From: Promethearchaeota archaeon
GTDB taxonomy: Archaea; Asgardarchaeota; Lokiarchaeia; Sigyniarchaeales; SOKP01
Direction: 5' to 3'
DNA: 64,000 nt
NCBI GenBank assembly: GCA_030603385.1
Contig: JAUVXW010000021.1
Location: 1-64,000 of the forward strand
In this document: piece after piece, positions 42,421 to 50,697 of the stretch
Position numbering within the stretch: the first letter of the stretch is position 1
Layout: each line of letters begins with the position of its first letter
The notes under the pieces: model-generated
Databases searched by the model: none
The model's input: the letters and a program-made list of their open reading frames with translations, nothing else
What the model was told of the DNA's origin: nothing
Position numbers and translations under genes: made by a program

Positions 42421-43596
42421 ATTACTATTAGGGAAAAATTTAAACTTATTATACCACTAATTTTTATTTTCTTAGGTTTCCTTTCTTACTATCTCCCTTA
42501 CTTTGCAACCAATAATTTAGAGATTCAAAATGTTGATGTAGAATTAAAATTTAATGGTGATAATGCTTATAAATATGTTCAAGATCAACTGGATATTGGT
42601 TTTCGAATTCCTGGAACAGAAGGGAGAATTAATTGTACCAACTACTTCATTTCTAAATTTAAAGAAGTAGATAGCAACTTTCCTTACTTTTTACATAATT
42701 TTACAACTCATTTAACTGAATGTCAGAATGTTCTATTTAAATTAAACCAAAATTATAGTAATATTGTCATTTTAGGGGCACATTATGATTCGCGTGCAAA
42801 GGCAACAAAAGATCCTAATCTATTAAATAGAACTGATCCCGTGCCAGGGGCGAATGATGGTGCCAGTGGATCTGCTGTTTTAATTGAATTAGCCAAAATC
42901 TTATATCAAAATAGAGAAAGCCTATCTTGCCAAGTATGGTTTTTGTTTTTCGATGCTGAAGATCAAGGAGCAGATAGTGGTGGTTATGGAATGGATGGAT
43001 GGAATTGGTGTGAAGGGTCTCAAAGATTCGTCACTGACATCAATAGTTTTTATGATTCGGGAACAGAACATTTTGATTGCATGGTTCTGTTAGATATGGT
43101 AGGAGGGATCAATTTACGATTTATCAATGAACAATATTCTACTTCCTCATTGTTAGATGAATTATTTGCAGTAGGTAGAGCATTGGGGTATTCTAGTCAA
43201 TTCCCATCTAATCCTGAAAGGAAGCAGATAATAGATGATCATAGAGCATTTGTTAATATTGGAATACCCTCCGCAGATCTAATCATAAATTTTTGGGATA
43301 ATCCAAATTGGCCATACCATCACACTACTCAAGATAATATAACTTATATTTCAAATAATAGCTTAGAAATAACTGGTAGAACTGTAGAACAATTTATTTA
43401 TAATAATTATTTAAACTCATCTGGTTATATATATGACGGGAATTATCCTTGGAATAAAGATATAGATATACTTAATATAGAAATAATTATGATTCTTTTA
43501 ATTACCATAGCCATTATGGCAATTACGATATTAATGATAAATTATATTAAATCTATTCCTTCTAGGAATATGGTTGAGTCAGAAAAACAAGATTGA
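42421..43596 (+). CDS. M28 peptidase / glutaminyl-cyclase-like membrane-anchored metalloenzyme; start probably a non-canonical ATT near 42421-42427
   Basis: Frame is open from 42421 with a signal-like hydrophobic stretch, LGAHYDSR, PGANDGASG, FFDAEDQG, DDH, HHT and a C-terminal TM. The track start (42841) lies inside the catalytic domain. Confidence 0.8.
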   Translation: MTIREKFKLIIPLIFIFLGFLSYYLPYFATNNLEIQNVDVELKFNGDNAYKYVQDQLDIGFRIPGTEGRINCTNYFISKFKEVDSNFPYFLHNFTTHLTECQNVLFKLNQNYSNIVILGAHYDSRAKATKDPNLLNRTDPVPGANDGASGSAVLIELAKILYQNRESLSCQVWFLFFDAEDQGADSGGYGMDGWNWCEGSQRFVTDINSFYDSGTEHFDCMVLLDMVGGINLRFINEQYSTSSLLDELFAVGRALGYSSQFPSNPERKQIIDDHRAFVNIGIPSADLIINFWDNPNWPYHHTTQDNITYISNNSLEITGRTVEQFIYNNYLNSSGYIYDGNYPWNKDIDILNIEIIMILLITIAIMAITILMINYIKSIPSRNMVESEKQD

Positions 43597-43610
43597 AATT
43601 TTATATAATT

Positions 43611-44156
43611 CTACTTAATTTTTATTATCATTCCGCATTGTAGACAAAAAGCTTTATTTTTAGGTAACCTCATTCCACAGAATTTACAGACACGAGGTTC
43701 TTTTTTACGTTTTTCTTCTTTTTTAACATAAACTGGCGGAATTGGTTGTATTTCTTCAGCAAGGGTTATTTTAGGCGTCTCTTCTTCTATATCTGAAATT
43801 GGTGGAATTGGTTTTAGGACTTCAACTTTTTGACCACAGTTAAAGCAAAATTTTGCTCTTAAATGTAATTTCTGTCTACAGTGAGGACAAGTTGTAAATG
43901 ATTTTTTTACTTTTTTTTCTGAAATTGATGGAATTGGTTTTAGTACTTCAATTTTTTGACCACAAGTAACACAAAATTTTGCTCCTAAAGGTAATTTCTG
44001 CCTACAGTGAGGGCAAGTTGTAAATGATTTTTCTACTTTTTTATCTGAGATAGTAGGAATTTGTCTAGATTCACTAAAAAATTTATAACCACATGTAAAA
44101 CAGAGGTCATAGCCATGAGATCTTTTTGTTCCACATTTTGGACATTTATTTTTCAT
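43611..44156 (-). CDS. Multi zinc-ribbon (double zinc ribbon) protein
   Basis: Four CxxC-x10-CxxC units. Confidence 0.8.
   Translation of the reverse strand: MKNKCPKCGTKRSHGYDLCFTCGYKFFSESRQIPTISDKKVEKSFTTCPHCRQKLPLGAKFCVTCGQKIEVLKPIPSISEKKVKKSFTTCPHCRQKLHLRAKFCFNCGQKVEVLKPIPPISDIEEETPKITLAEEIQPIPPVYVKKEEKRKKEPRVCKFCGMRLPKNKAFCLQCGMIIKIK
43792..44050 (-). repeat. Intragenic tandem duplication with a 126-nt (42-aa) unit, about 2 copies
   Basis: TCTGA at 43792, 43918 and 44044; KSFTTCPHCRQKL...AKFC..CGQK.EVLKPIP is repeated. Confidence 0.85.
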
Positions 44157-44259
44157 ATTAAAAAGTTGAATCTCTAAAAAAATTGGATTAATATTATTAT
44201 GGATAAGTTAGAATTTAAACATTCAGTTGTATTTGTAATTGCACATTTTTGCACTATTT

Positions 44260-44883
44260 TTATTTTCTTACCCCTAAAATGGCTCTATGATTAGTACTAT
44301 CTATATAATTCTCTAATAAGTAAAAAGATTTAAATAATTCTTGAATCTCCTCCAGCGAAAAAAAATGGTGCAAAACTCCTTTTTCATTACCTTTTTGTGG
44401 AATATAGGTGCCTTCTTCAACCTTCTTTAAATCCCAATTGTCATTTCGAGAATTCTTTTTTAAATAAGGGAAGGTGATAAAAATATAACCTCCTTTTCTT
44501 AATACTCTTTCAATTTATCTAACAGTTTTTAAAATATCTTCCATTAAATTATGATGAATAACGTTAATGGAAATGATGGCATCAAAAAAATTATCCCCAT
44601 AAGGGAAACTATGTTCGATTCTACAACATTCAGTTTCTACTCTTATTCCATCTTCAGATAACCATTCTTCTGCTATTTCAATACCTCTGGGAGATCCATC
44701 AAGCCCATAAATATCGAAATTTTTCTTGGCAAAAAATATGAGATGGCGACCAGTTCCACATCCAAGATCTAAAATTGTCTGAACGTTGTTTTTCTTAAAT
44801 AGTTTTGCTAGTCTTTCCATATCTGAATGAGGTTCCAGAAATATCTTTCCTCTCTTTGTAAAAATATCATTCCATCCAGACAT
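44260..44883 (-). pseudogene. Class I SAM-dependent methyltransferase with an in-frame TAA (44515-44517)
   Basis: ILDLGCGTGRH motif. The frame continues past the stop: KTVR*IERVLRKGGYIFITF...HHFFSLEEIQELF...GVRK*. Confidence 0.75.
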
Positions 44884-44910
44884 ATAATTTTAAAGAAGAT
44901 ATTTTATCGA

Positions 44911-45876
44911 TTAATGATCACATTCCCAGAAATAATGCCCATATTTCTCTTTAAATGCTTCTGCTACTTCATTTCTTTGAGGTCGAATAAATTCATATCC
45001 ATCTTTTAAAGTTTCATAAGTAACAGGTAAATCCCCTAACATTTCACCGTCCACTTGACATAAGTAAGATTCGTCTTCTGGGTTTAACATTTCAATTCGA
45101 ACTTTCTTGCTCTGATATTCAAAAATATTAGGATGGGGTGATAAAGAGCCACTGTACATTCTTTTAAATTGAAATAGTAATTTGAGTTTTTTAATATCTG
45201 CTATACTGATATCAAACAAACCATCATCAACTTTAGCTTTTTGACAAATATACATTCCAGCACCATAAGAGCCTCCATTGCCTACTGCAACTAGATTCGC
45301 ATATCCTTCATATGTTTCATTATCCATTATAACTTTGACTTCTTTACTTTTCCATGCAAACAGTGCTTTAATGACCATAGCATTATAATTTTTTTCTTTA
45401 TTTTCATTTGCTCTTCTTGCAACCTCAGCATCAAACCCTTGACTTCCCACACCAAGAAAATATCGCTTAATTCCATCGTCTTTGAGCGCTAAACCAACGT
45501 CACATTTACCAGTATAACCCTCAGCAATTATTTTACATGCTCTTTTAATATCTGGTATAATTCCAATTACTGCTGGTACATCATTCCCAGAACCCATAGG
45601 AATAAAACCACATAATACTCCCGTATTAGAGCTAATGGCACCATGAAAAACTTCATTACATGTTCCATCGCCTCCTGCTCCAATAACACGATATCCATCT
45701 TTTGCCAATTGAGTGGCTAATTCTATAGCATGTCCTGCATATTCTGTATTAAATAATTTATAAGATACGTTAAAATTATCTAGATATTCACTTGCAAATT
45801 CAATAGGTCTTTTACCTTTTTGTTGCTTTCCAGCAAGCGGATTACAAATAATAGCATAATCTTCCATTTTTATCAC
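44911..45876 (-). CDS. Diacylglycerol/lipid kinase family (YegS/DgkB-like)
   Basis: NPLAG, GGDGT, PMGSGND, GNGGSYGAG and QVDGE motifs. Confidence 0.9.
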   Translation of the reverse strand: MIKMEDYAIICNPLAGKQQKGKRPIEFASEYLDNFNVSYKLFNTEYAGHAIELATQLAKDGYRVIGAGGDGTCNEVFHGAISSNTGVLCGFIPMGSGNDVPAVIGIIPDIKRACKIIAEGYTGKCDVGLALKDDGIKRYFLGVGSQGFDAEVARRANENKEKNYNAMVIKALFAWKSKEVKVIMDNETYEGYANLVAVGNGGSYGAGMYICQKAKVDDGLFDISIADIKKLKLLFQFKRMYSGSLSPHPNIFEYQSKKVRIEMLNPEDESYLCQVDGEMLGDLPVTYETLKDGYEFIRPQRNEVAEAFKEKYGHYFWECDH

Positions 45877-45982
45877 TTCGTATTTTAAATTATAAATTTT
45901 AAAATAATTATATGATCACATTGAATAATAAAGTATTTAAGACTTTATTTAAATACACTCTAAAAGCATTGGTTAAGATTTT

Positions 45983-46768
45983 TTACTTCCGCCATTCTTT
46001 TCCACATTTTGGACAGCAATTCTTCTTGCCGTATATTCGTGGATAATCCATTAAAATAATGTTTTTATCATCTACTTCATGAATTAATCCCTCATTTCCA
46101 CAGCTAGGACATTTCCTACGTCCAATGGGATTCTCAAGTACTACCATATTATTATTATAACTTTCTTGTATTTCATCAAGATTTCCTTCTAATATTGATT
46201 CTATACTTTCTGATAAAGGCTCACTTTGAATTGATGCTTCGGTTTTTTCTAAGAGATAATCTTCATTAATCATTATTACATACCCCTTAACTATTGAACT
46301 TATCTCCTCATTTTTAGGTAATCTAGCATATTTCTCCTCAAAATTTTCGAGAAAATCTTGAGCATCATTATAATCGATAGTATAACCCTTTAACTTTATT
46401 AATTCAATAATCTCTTGTATGATTTCTTGTTTACTTGGTAGTGTTACTTTTTTCTGTTTTATTTGTTTAGATAAATTTAAATCATTTTCTAATTTTGTCC
46501 ACATTTGCCTAATTTGATCATCTCTTAACCGTCCCATTATCTGAATATAGACTCTTCTTTCCGGTTCTTGTAATATAGTTATCCTATTATCTTTTTGCTC
46601 TTCTTTATCTATATCTTCATTGAAGTAACTTATACGGAGTAATGTCTTCCCTAACCTTTTTGTATCAGTTGAATACATTAAATCTTTTTGTAAAATATGC
46701 TCTACCTTTTGTCGAATACTCTCATAATTCTGGCCATTCATATCAAATGATTGAGTTTTCTCAAACAT
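45983..46768 (-). CDS. Hypothetical protein with C-terminal zinc ribbon
   Basis: RRKCPSCG...CPKCGKEW. Confidence 0.65.
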   Translation of the reverse strand: MFEKTQSFDMNGQNYESIRQKVEHILQKDLMYSTDTKRLGKTLLRISYFNEDIDKEEQKDNRITILQEPERRVYIQIMGRLRDDQIRQMWTKLENDLNLSKQIKQKKVTLPSKQEIIQEIIELIKLKGYTIDYNDAQDFLENFEEKYARLPKNEEISSIVKGYVIMINEDYLLEKTEASIQSEPLSESIESILEGNLDEIQESYNNNMVVLENPIGRRKCPSCGNEGLIHEVDDKNIILMDYPRIYGKKNCCPKCGKEWRK

Positions 46769-47033
46769 TTAAAAAATCTTAACCCTATAATAGTTTTATA
46801 GTAAGTGATAATGAATGATTAAAATCAAGAATCTATTGTTTAAAATATTAATGCAAAATTTTACTTAAATTATTATAAAACAAAAAATATTCCCTACTTT
46901 AAAAGAAGGGCAAGAGAGCAAAGTCTTAAACTATTACATTTTTTTAATGGGATTTGTCGACAGATTCATTGATTATAGAAAATTTTAATTTGGATTTTAA
47001 TTACATAGTCCTTAAGACGATAAAATTATAACT

Positions 47034-47702
47034 ATGAAAAGAAAAAATATTAAAGCACCAGTCAAACATGAAAAGGAAACTTCATCAAAAAGAAAGATTG
47101 TTGTAACAATAATTTTACTTGGTGTTGCTTTTTCTGGAGCTTTTATAGTTTATTTTATAATGCAAATCGCATTAAATACAAAAACACCAATGGTTGTCGT
47201 TGTTTCAGGTTCTATGGAACCTAACCTACATAGAGGAGATTTGTTATTTTTAAGAGGGAAAGATGCTGATAATATAAAAAATGGTACAATCGAAGGAAAA
47301 GAAGGGGATATTATTGTTTTTAATGCACGTGGATTATGGGTTAATGCCCCTAGTGATCCGATTGTTCATCGAGTTATCGATAAGATGTATGATAATGAAT
47401 GGTTATTCTTAACAAAAGGAGATGCGAACCCTAGTGAAGATGCTGCTTGGGTTCCAGAAACAAGGATTTTGGGGGTAGTCGTAGGAAAGATCCCTTATAT
47501 AGGTTGGGTAAAAATCGTATTAACAGATTCAGGATTATTAATTCCTCTCCTTGTAATTGTCTCAGTATTACTTGTAATTAGTTTAGTTTGGGACATAGCT
47601 AAAAAGGAAGATGATGAGGAAGAAAAAAATAGTGAAAAGAAAATTTATGACGAAGCTAATATTAAAAGAGAAATTGACATTGATTTCACTAAAGATAACT
47701 AA
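47034..47702 (+). CDS. sec11: Signal peptidase I (Sec11/SipW type)
   Basis: VVVSGSMEP, GDLL, PIVHRV, LTKGDAN and GKIPYIGW motifs. Confidence 0.92.
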   Translation: MKRKNIKAPVKHEKETSSKRKIVVTIILLGVAFSGAFIVYFIMQIALNTKTPMVVVVSGSMEPNLHRGDLLFLRGKDADNIKNGTIEGKEGDIIVFNARGLWVNAPSDPIVHRVIDKMYDNEWLFLTKGDANPSEDAAWVPETRILGVVVGKIPYIGWVKIVLTDSGLLIPLLVIVSVLLVISLVWDIAKKEDDEEEKNSEKKIYDEANIKREIDIDFTKDN

Positions 47703-47803
47703 ATAGATTAGATTTATAATATATTGAGTAAAATAATATTATACTAACACTTCTATATAAAATTATTAGAACAAAGCAAATTAATAAAAGAGTTGATTAT
47801 TAA

Positions 47804-48037
47804 ATGGGATGGACACCACCAACTAAATTCACAGTTTTTATATCCTTCCTCTTGATGGCATTTGGGCTATTTATCGTAATTGACCTAGTATTTATGGCAC
47901 CAGATTTTATAATAATCCATATAGAGTTAATTATCGGAGATTTCACTCAATTTGAAACATGGGGCTTAATTGCAATAATTGTATTATTTCTATCTTGGTT
48001 TGTATTCTATCTTGGCGTAAGATTGACAGGTTTATAA
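47804..48037 (+). CDS. Small two-TM membrane protein
   Basis: 77 aa with two hydrophobic helices, followed by a T-rich terminator. Confidence 0.65.
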   Translation: MGWTPPTKFTVFISFLLMAFGLFIVIDLVFMAPDFIIIHIELIIGDFTQFETWGLIAIIVLFLSWFVFYLGVRLTGL

Positions 48038-48341
48038 ATCTTCAGATTAAATTTTCTTTTTTTCCTTTTTCTTACATTTGCCATTAATCTGATAATGAGA
48101 TTTAAATTTTTTTTTGGATAAAATCAATAGTATTCAGAATGAGTAATTGCTACAATTTATCCAAATTCTATATAAATCAGACAATAAAGTTTAAAATATT
48201 TCTAAAATTTCAAGAAAATATTATTACCGTAATTTAAAATTAAAATTACGAGAAAACTTTAATACGTAATACGGAAACGCAAAAAAGCTATATTAAATAT
48301 AGATATACAATAAAAAATTAAAAACAAAAGAGGAAATAAAA

Positions 48342-48651
48342 ATGTCAAAAGACGAAAACGCTGTATTTGTCGGTCGCCGTCCAACTATGAATTATGTGAT
48401 GGCCACTATGATGATCCTTAACAAAGGTGTAGAATGTACTGTCAAAGCCCGAGGTAGAGCTATTTCTCATGCTGTTGATGTGTGTGAAATTTTAAGAAAT
48501 AGATTCTTAAAGGGTACTGAGTATAAGGATATCCAACTTAGCACTGAGCAGCTTGAGGGCGAAAAAATTATCGGAAAATCCCTTTAATTTCGCACACGGA
48601 CAAAGTAACAACGTCTCAAGCATTGAAATTACATTATCACCACCAAAATAA
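48342..48651 (+). CDS. alba: DNA/RNA-binding protein Alba, split by a 31-nt intron: join(48342..48564,48596..48651), 92 aa
   Basis: VFVGRRPTMNYV and VKARGRAISHAVDV motifs. The missing C-terminus GQSNNVSSIEITLSPPK is in the +1 frame at 48598-48651. The predicted spliced junction GAA AAC GGA gives LEGENGQSNNVSSIEITL. Confidence 0.9.
48565..48595 (+). other. Predicted bulge-helix-bulge (BHB) intron in alba mRNA
   Basis: Sequence AAATTATCGGAAAATCCCTTTAATTTCGCAC. It has a 4-bp helix GCGA/TCGC, 3-nt bulges AAA and ACA, and an intron stem AATTA/TAATT. Canonical cleavage restores the frame. Confidence 0.85.
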
Positions 48652-48725
48652 GTAATCGAATTAAGCAAAGAACTTAATTGTTCGGTATTGCGAAAAAATA
48701 ATAACAACCTTTATCTTTTTTTTTA
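48652..48725 (+). terminator. 3'-UTR hairpin followed by a T-tract after alba
   Basis: GTAATCG-AATTAAG...CTTAATT-GTTCGGTATTGC imperfect stem, then CTTTTTTTTT near 48715-48724. Confidence 0.45.
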
Positions 48726-49067
48726 TAATATTCCTACTCTTCGATAATCAAAAGGTTTAATTTGTGAATGTATAGCCTAATAGTTTAAAATCATGAAATT
48801 TATTTGTTTTCTAATAGAGCTAGAGGCACTGAAAATAGTGTATAACAAAAAGACTGCAAATTTCAGTCTAATTAGTTTTTGAGAGTTAAAATTCCACTTA
48901 TAAATTTTCCCACAAATTCAGTAGAAAAAAAGGAATTTCAAAATATTGTCCTAAAATTACAAAGATTTAATAATACAGTTGAAAAAATAATACTTAACAA
49001 ATAAATAATTTAATTCAATTTTAAACCGTATTTTAATAAAATCTTAAAAAATTAGTAAAAAAAGAGG

Positions 49068-49271
49068 ATGAGTAAGTTGGCAAAAAAGGTTGTTGAACCG
49101 TTATATGTTAAGTCCAAGATACGAGAATATATTAAAGCGCATGAATGCAATACAAGCAGCGGAGTCCTTGATGGAGAAACTTTAAATGGCATCATCATGA
49201 GCATACTTGATAAAGCTATTGCGCGAGCAAAAGGAAATAACCGAAAGACTGTAAAAGCAAGAGATTTATAA
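49068..49271 (+). CDS. Short histone-fold protein (non-HMf type, face-to-face/Bd0055-like)
   Basis: LYVKSKIREYIK...ILDKAIARAKGNNRKTVKARDL with an RKTV..RD terminus and truncated alpha3. Confidence 0.8.
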   Translation: MSKLAKKVVEPLYVKSKIREYIKAHECNTSSGVLDGETLNGIIMSILDKAIARAKGNNRKTVKARDL

Positions 49272-49538
49272 TCTTTCTTTTCAATCACTTTTTTTTTATT
49301 TTTCTATTCCTACTATTTTAGTTCTTACTTTATTTATTATTATATTTATCTCCTTAGATAATACACTCAAATCTCTTTTTCTCTATTCAATTCTGAATTT
49401 TTTATTTAAATAGGAAGAATTCAATAAGCTATTAATAAAAAATTAAATATTTGCCTAAAAACTGTTAAATCTATTGAGTCTAAATGATTTATTAACAAAA
49501 AAGATATATAATGAAGAACTAGCATCGAATTTACAATC

Positions 49539-50675
49539 ATGTATGCTGAAAAAAGAAAAAATCCATTGAAAGAATGCGTGGAATTTATAGAAAGTCGTAA
49601 ATTGGAATATTCTAAAGAAGATGAACCATATTCTTCTGACCCAGAAGAGGAAACATTTGAGATTCAAGAAGATAAAATATTCGAAATTCTAAAATGTAAC
49701 GACATAAATGTTAAGAATATTGGATTTGTAGATGGTGGAAATGGTCCTATTCTAAGAAGCGCAGACTTTAATATAAGCTTGAATCGTGTAGCAGGAGTAT
49801 TATTCACATCAAATAGATGGACTAAACCTATCAAAACTCCTGTGAAAATAGAGTTTTATAGTGCAACCGTCCTGGATGTTCTTGATGATAACACATTAGC
49901 TTATATTACACACTTTTTTCCAAGAGAACCTGAATTCTCAGAATATCTGCCTAAACATGAACTGAAATTTTCTATAAACGATCCTTCCATAAGAGAAGGA
50001 AGATTCCGTTTACCAAATATCGATGTTTTTGGGGGTATTGCTATGAGGTTCGCTGAATGGACATATGCAAATAAATTTATTTCAAACGAACTAGATGAGG
50101 GAAGTATTTTTGTGAGAGATGGTTCACTTCAATCTGGCTATACTGGGGAGAATGAAATCGCTGAAAGTTTATACAAAACAGCAAGAAAAAAGGGAGTAAT
50201 AGTTACAGGGCTTTCAAAGACTTGTCGATTAATCACTCAAACTGGAAATTCATTAAATTCATTAGTTCATTATATGGGTAACAAAAAATTTCCAGATAGT
50301 GCGTGGTATTACCATCCTGTATATAGAATCACAAAAGCTCAAGAACAAGCTGATTTGTATTTTGTAAAATTACATAAAAATTCATATTATTCGTTTCGAT
50401 TTGATATTTTATTGGATCAAGCGAAAAAAATGTCTGAAGATCAGCGTGAAATGATTATCTCTAATCTAGCAAATAATTCTAATGATCTCTCTTATCCAGG
50501 CTACCCGTATGGCCTCATCAAGGCAGACCAGCTTGCTGCTGTTAGTTTTAAAGAATTGGAACCCCAAAAAATTCAACTAATTGCAGAATTTAATCAAGAA
50601 GATTATAATGAATTTATCTTACCACGTCTTCGATCGGTAAATGCGCATGATTTATTAAATATAATAAGAAGATAA
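49539..50675 (+). CDS. nurA: NurA 5'-3' nuclease
   Basis: GFVDGG, VRDGSL, GLSKT and GYPYGL..AD..A motifs; first gene of the herA-mre11-rad50 operon. Confidence 0.85.
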   Translation: MYAEKRKNPLKECVEFIESRKLEYSKEDEPYSSDPEEETFEIQEDKIFEILKCNDINVKNIGFVDGGNGPILRSADFNISLNRVAGVLFTSNRWTKPIKTPVKIEFYSATVLDVLDDNTLAYITHFFPREPEFSEYLPKHELKFSINDPSIREGRFRLPNIDVFGGIAMRFAEWTYANKFISNELDEGSIFVRDGSLQSGYTGENEIAESLYKTARKKGVIVTGLSKTCRLITQTGNSLNSLVHYMGNKKFPDSAWYYHPVYRITKAQEQADLYFVKLHKNSYYSFRFDILLDQAKKMSEDQREMIISNLANNSNDLSYPGYPYGLIKADQLAAVSFKELEPQKIQLIAEFNQEDYNEFILPRLRSVNAHDLLNIIRR

Positions 50676-50697
50676 TATAATAGTAATAGTGTAAAAA

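Noticed and set aside
48561-48567. Homopolymer error or programmed frameshift at GAAAAAA as an explanation for the alba break
   Set aside because: A simple shift would leave ~10 extra residues in the beta-hairpin. It would not explain a complete BHB whose cut sites give exactly the expected E-N-G junction. It remains a formal alternative until RNA data are checked.
49474-49575. Upstream TTG mini-ORF plus a CAAT/ATTG helix at the nurA 5' end, suggesting a second BHB intron or a -1 frameshift
   Set aside because: Canonical cleavage would remove 31 nt, but 3n+2 is needed to join the frames, and the flanking stems are poor. A TATA-like element about 30 nt before ATG 49539 fits a simple leaderless start.
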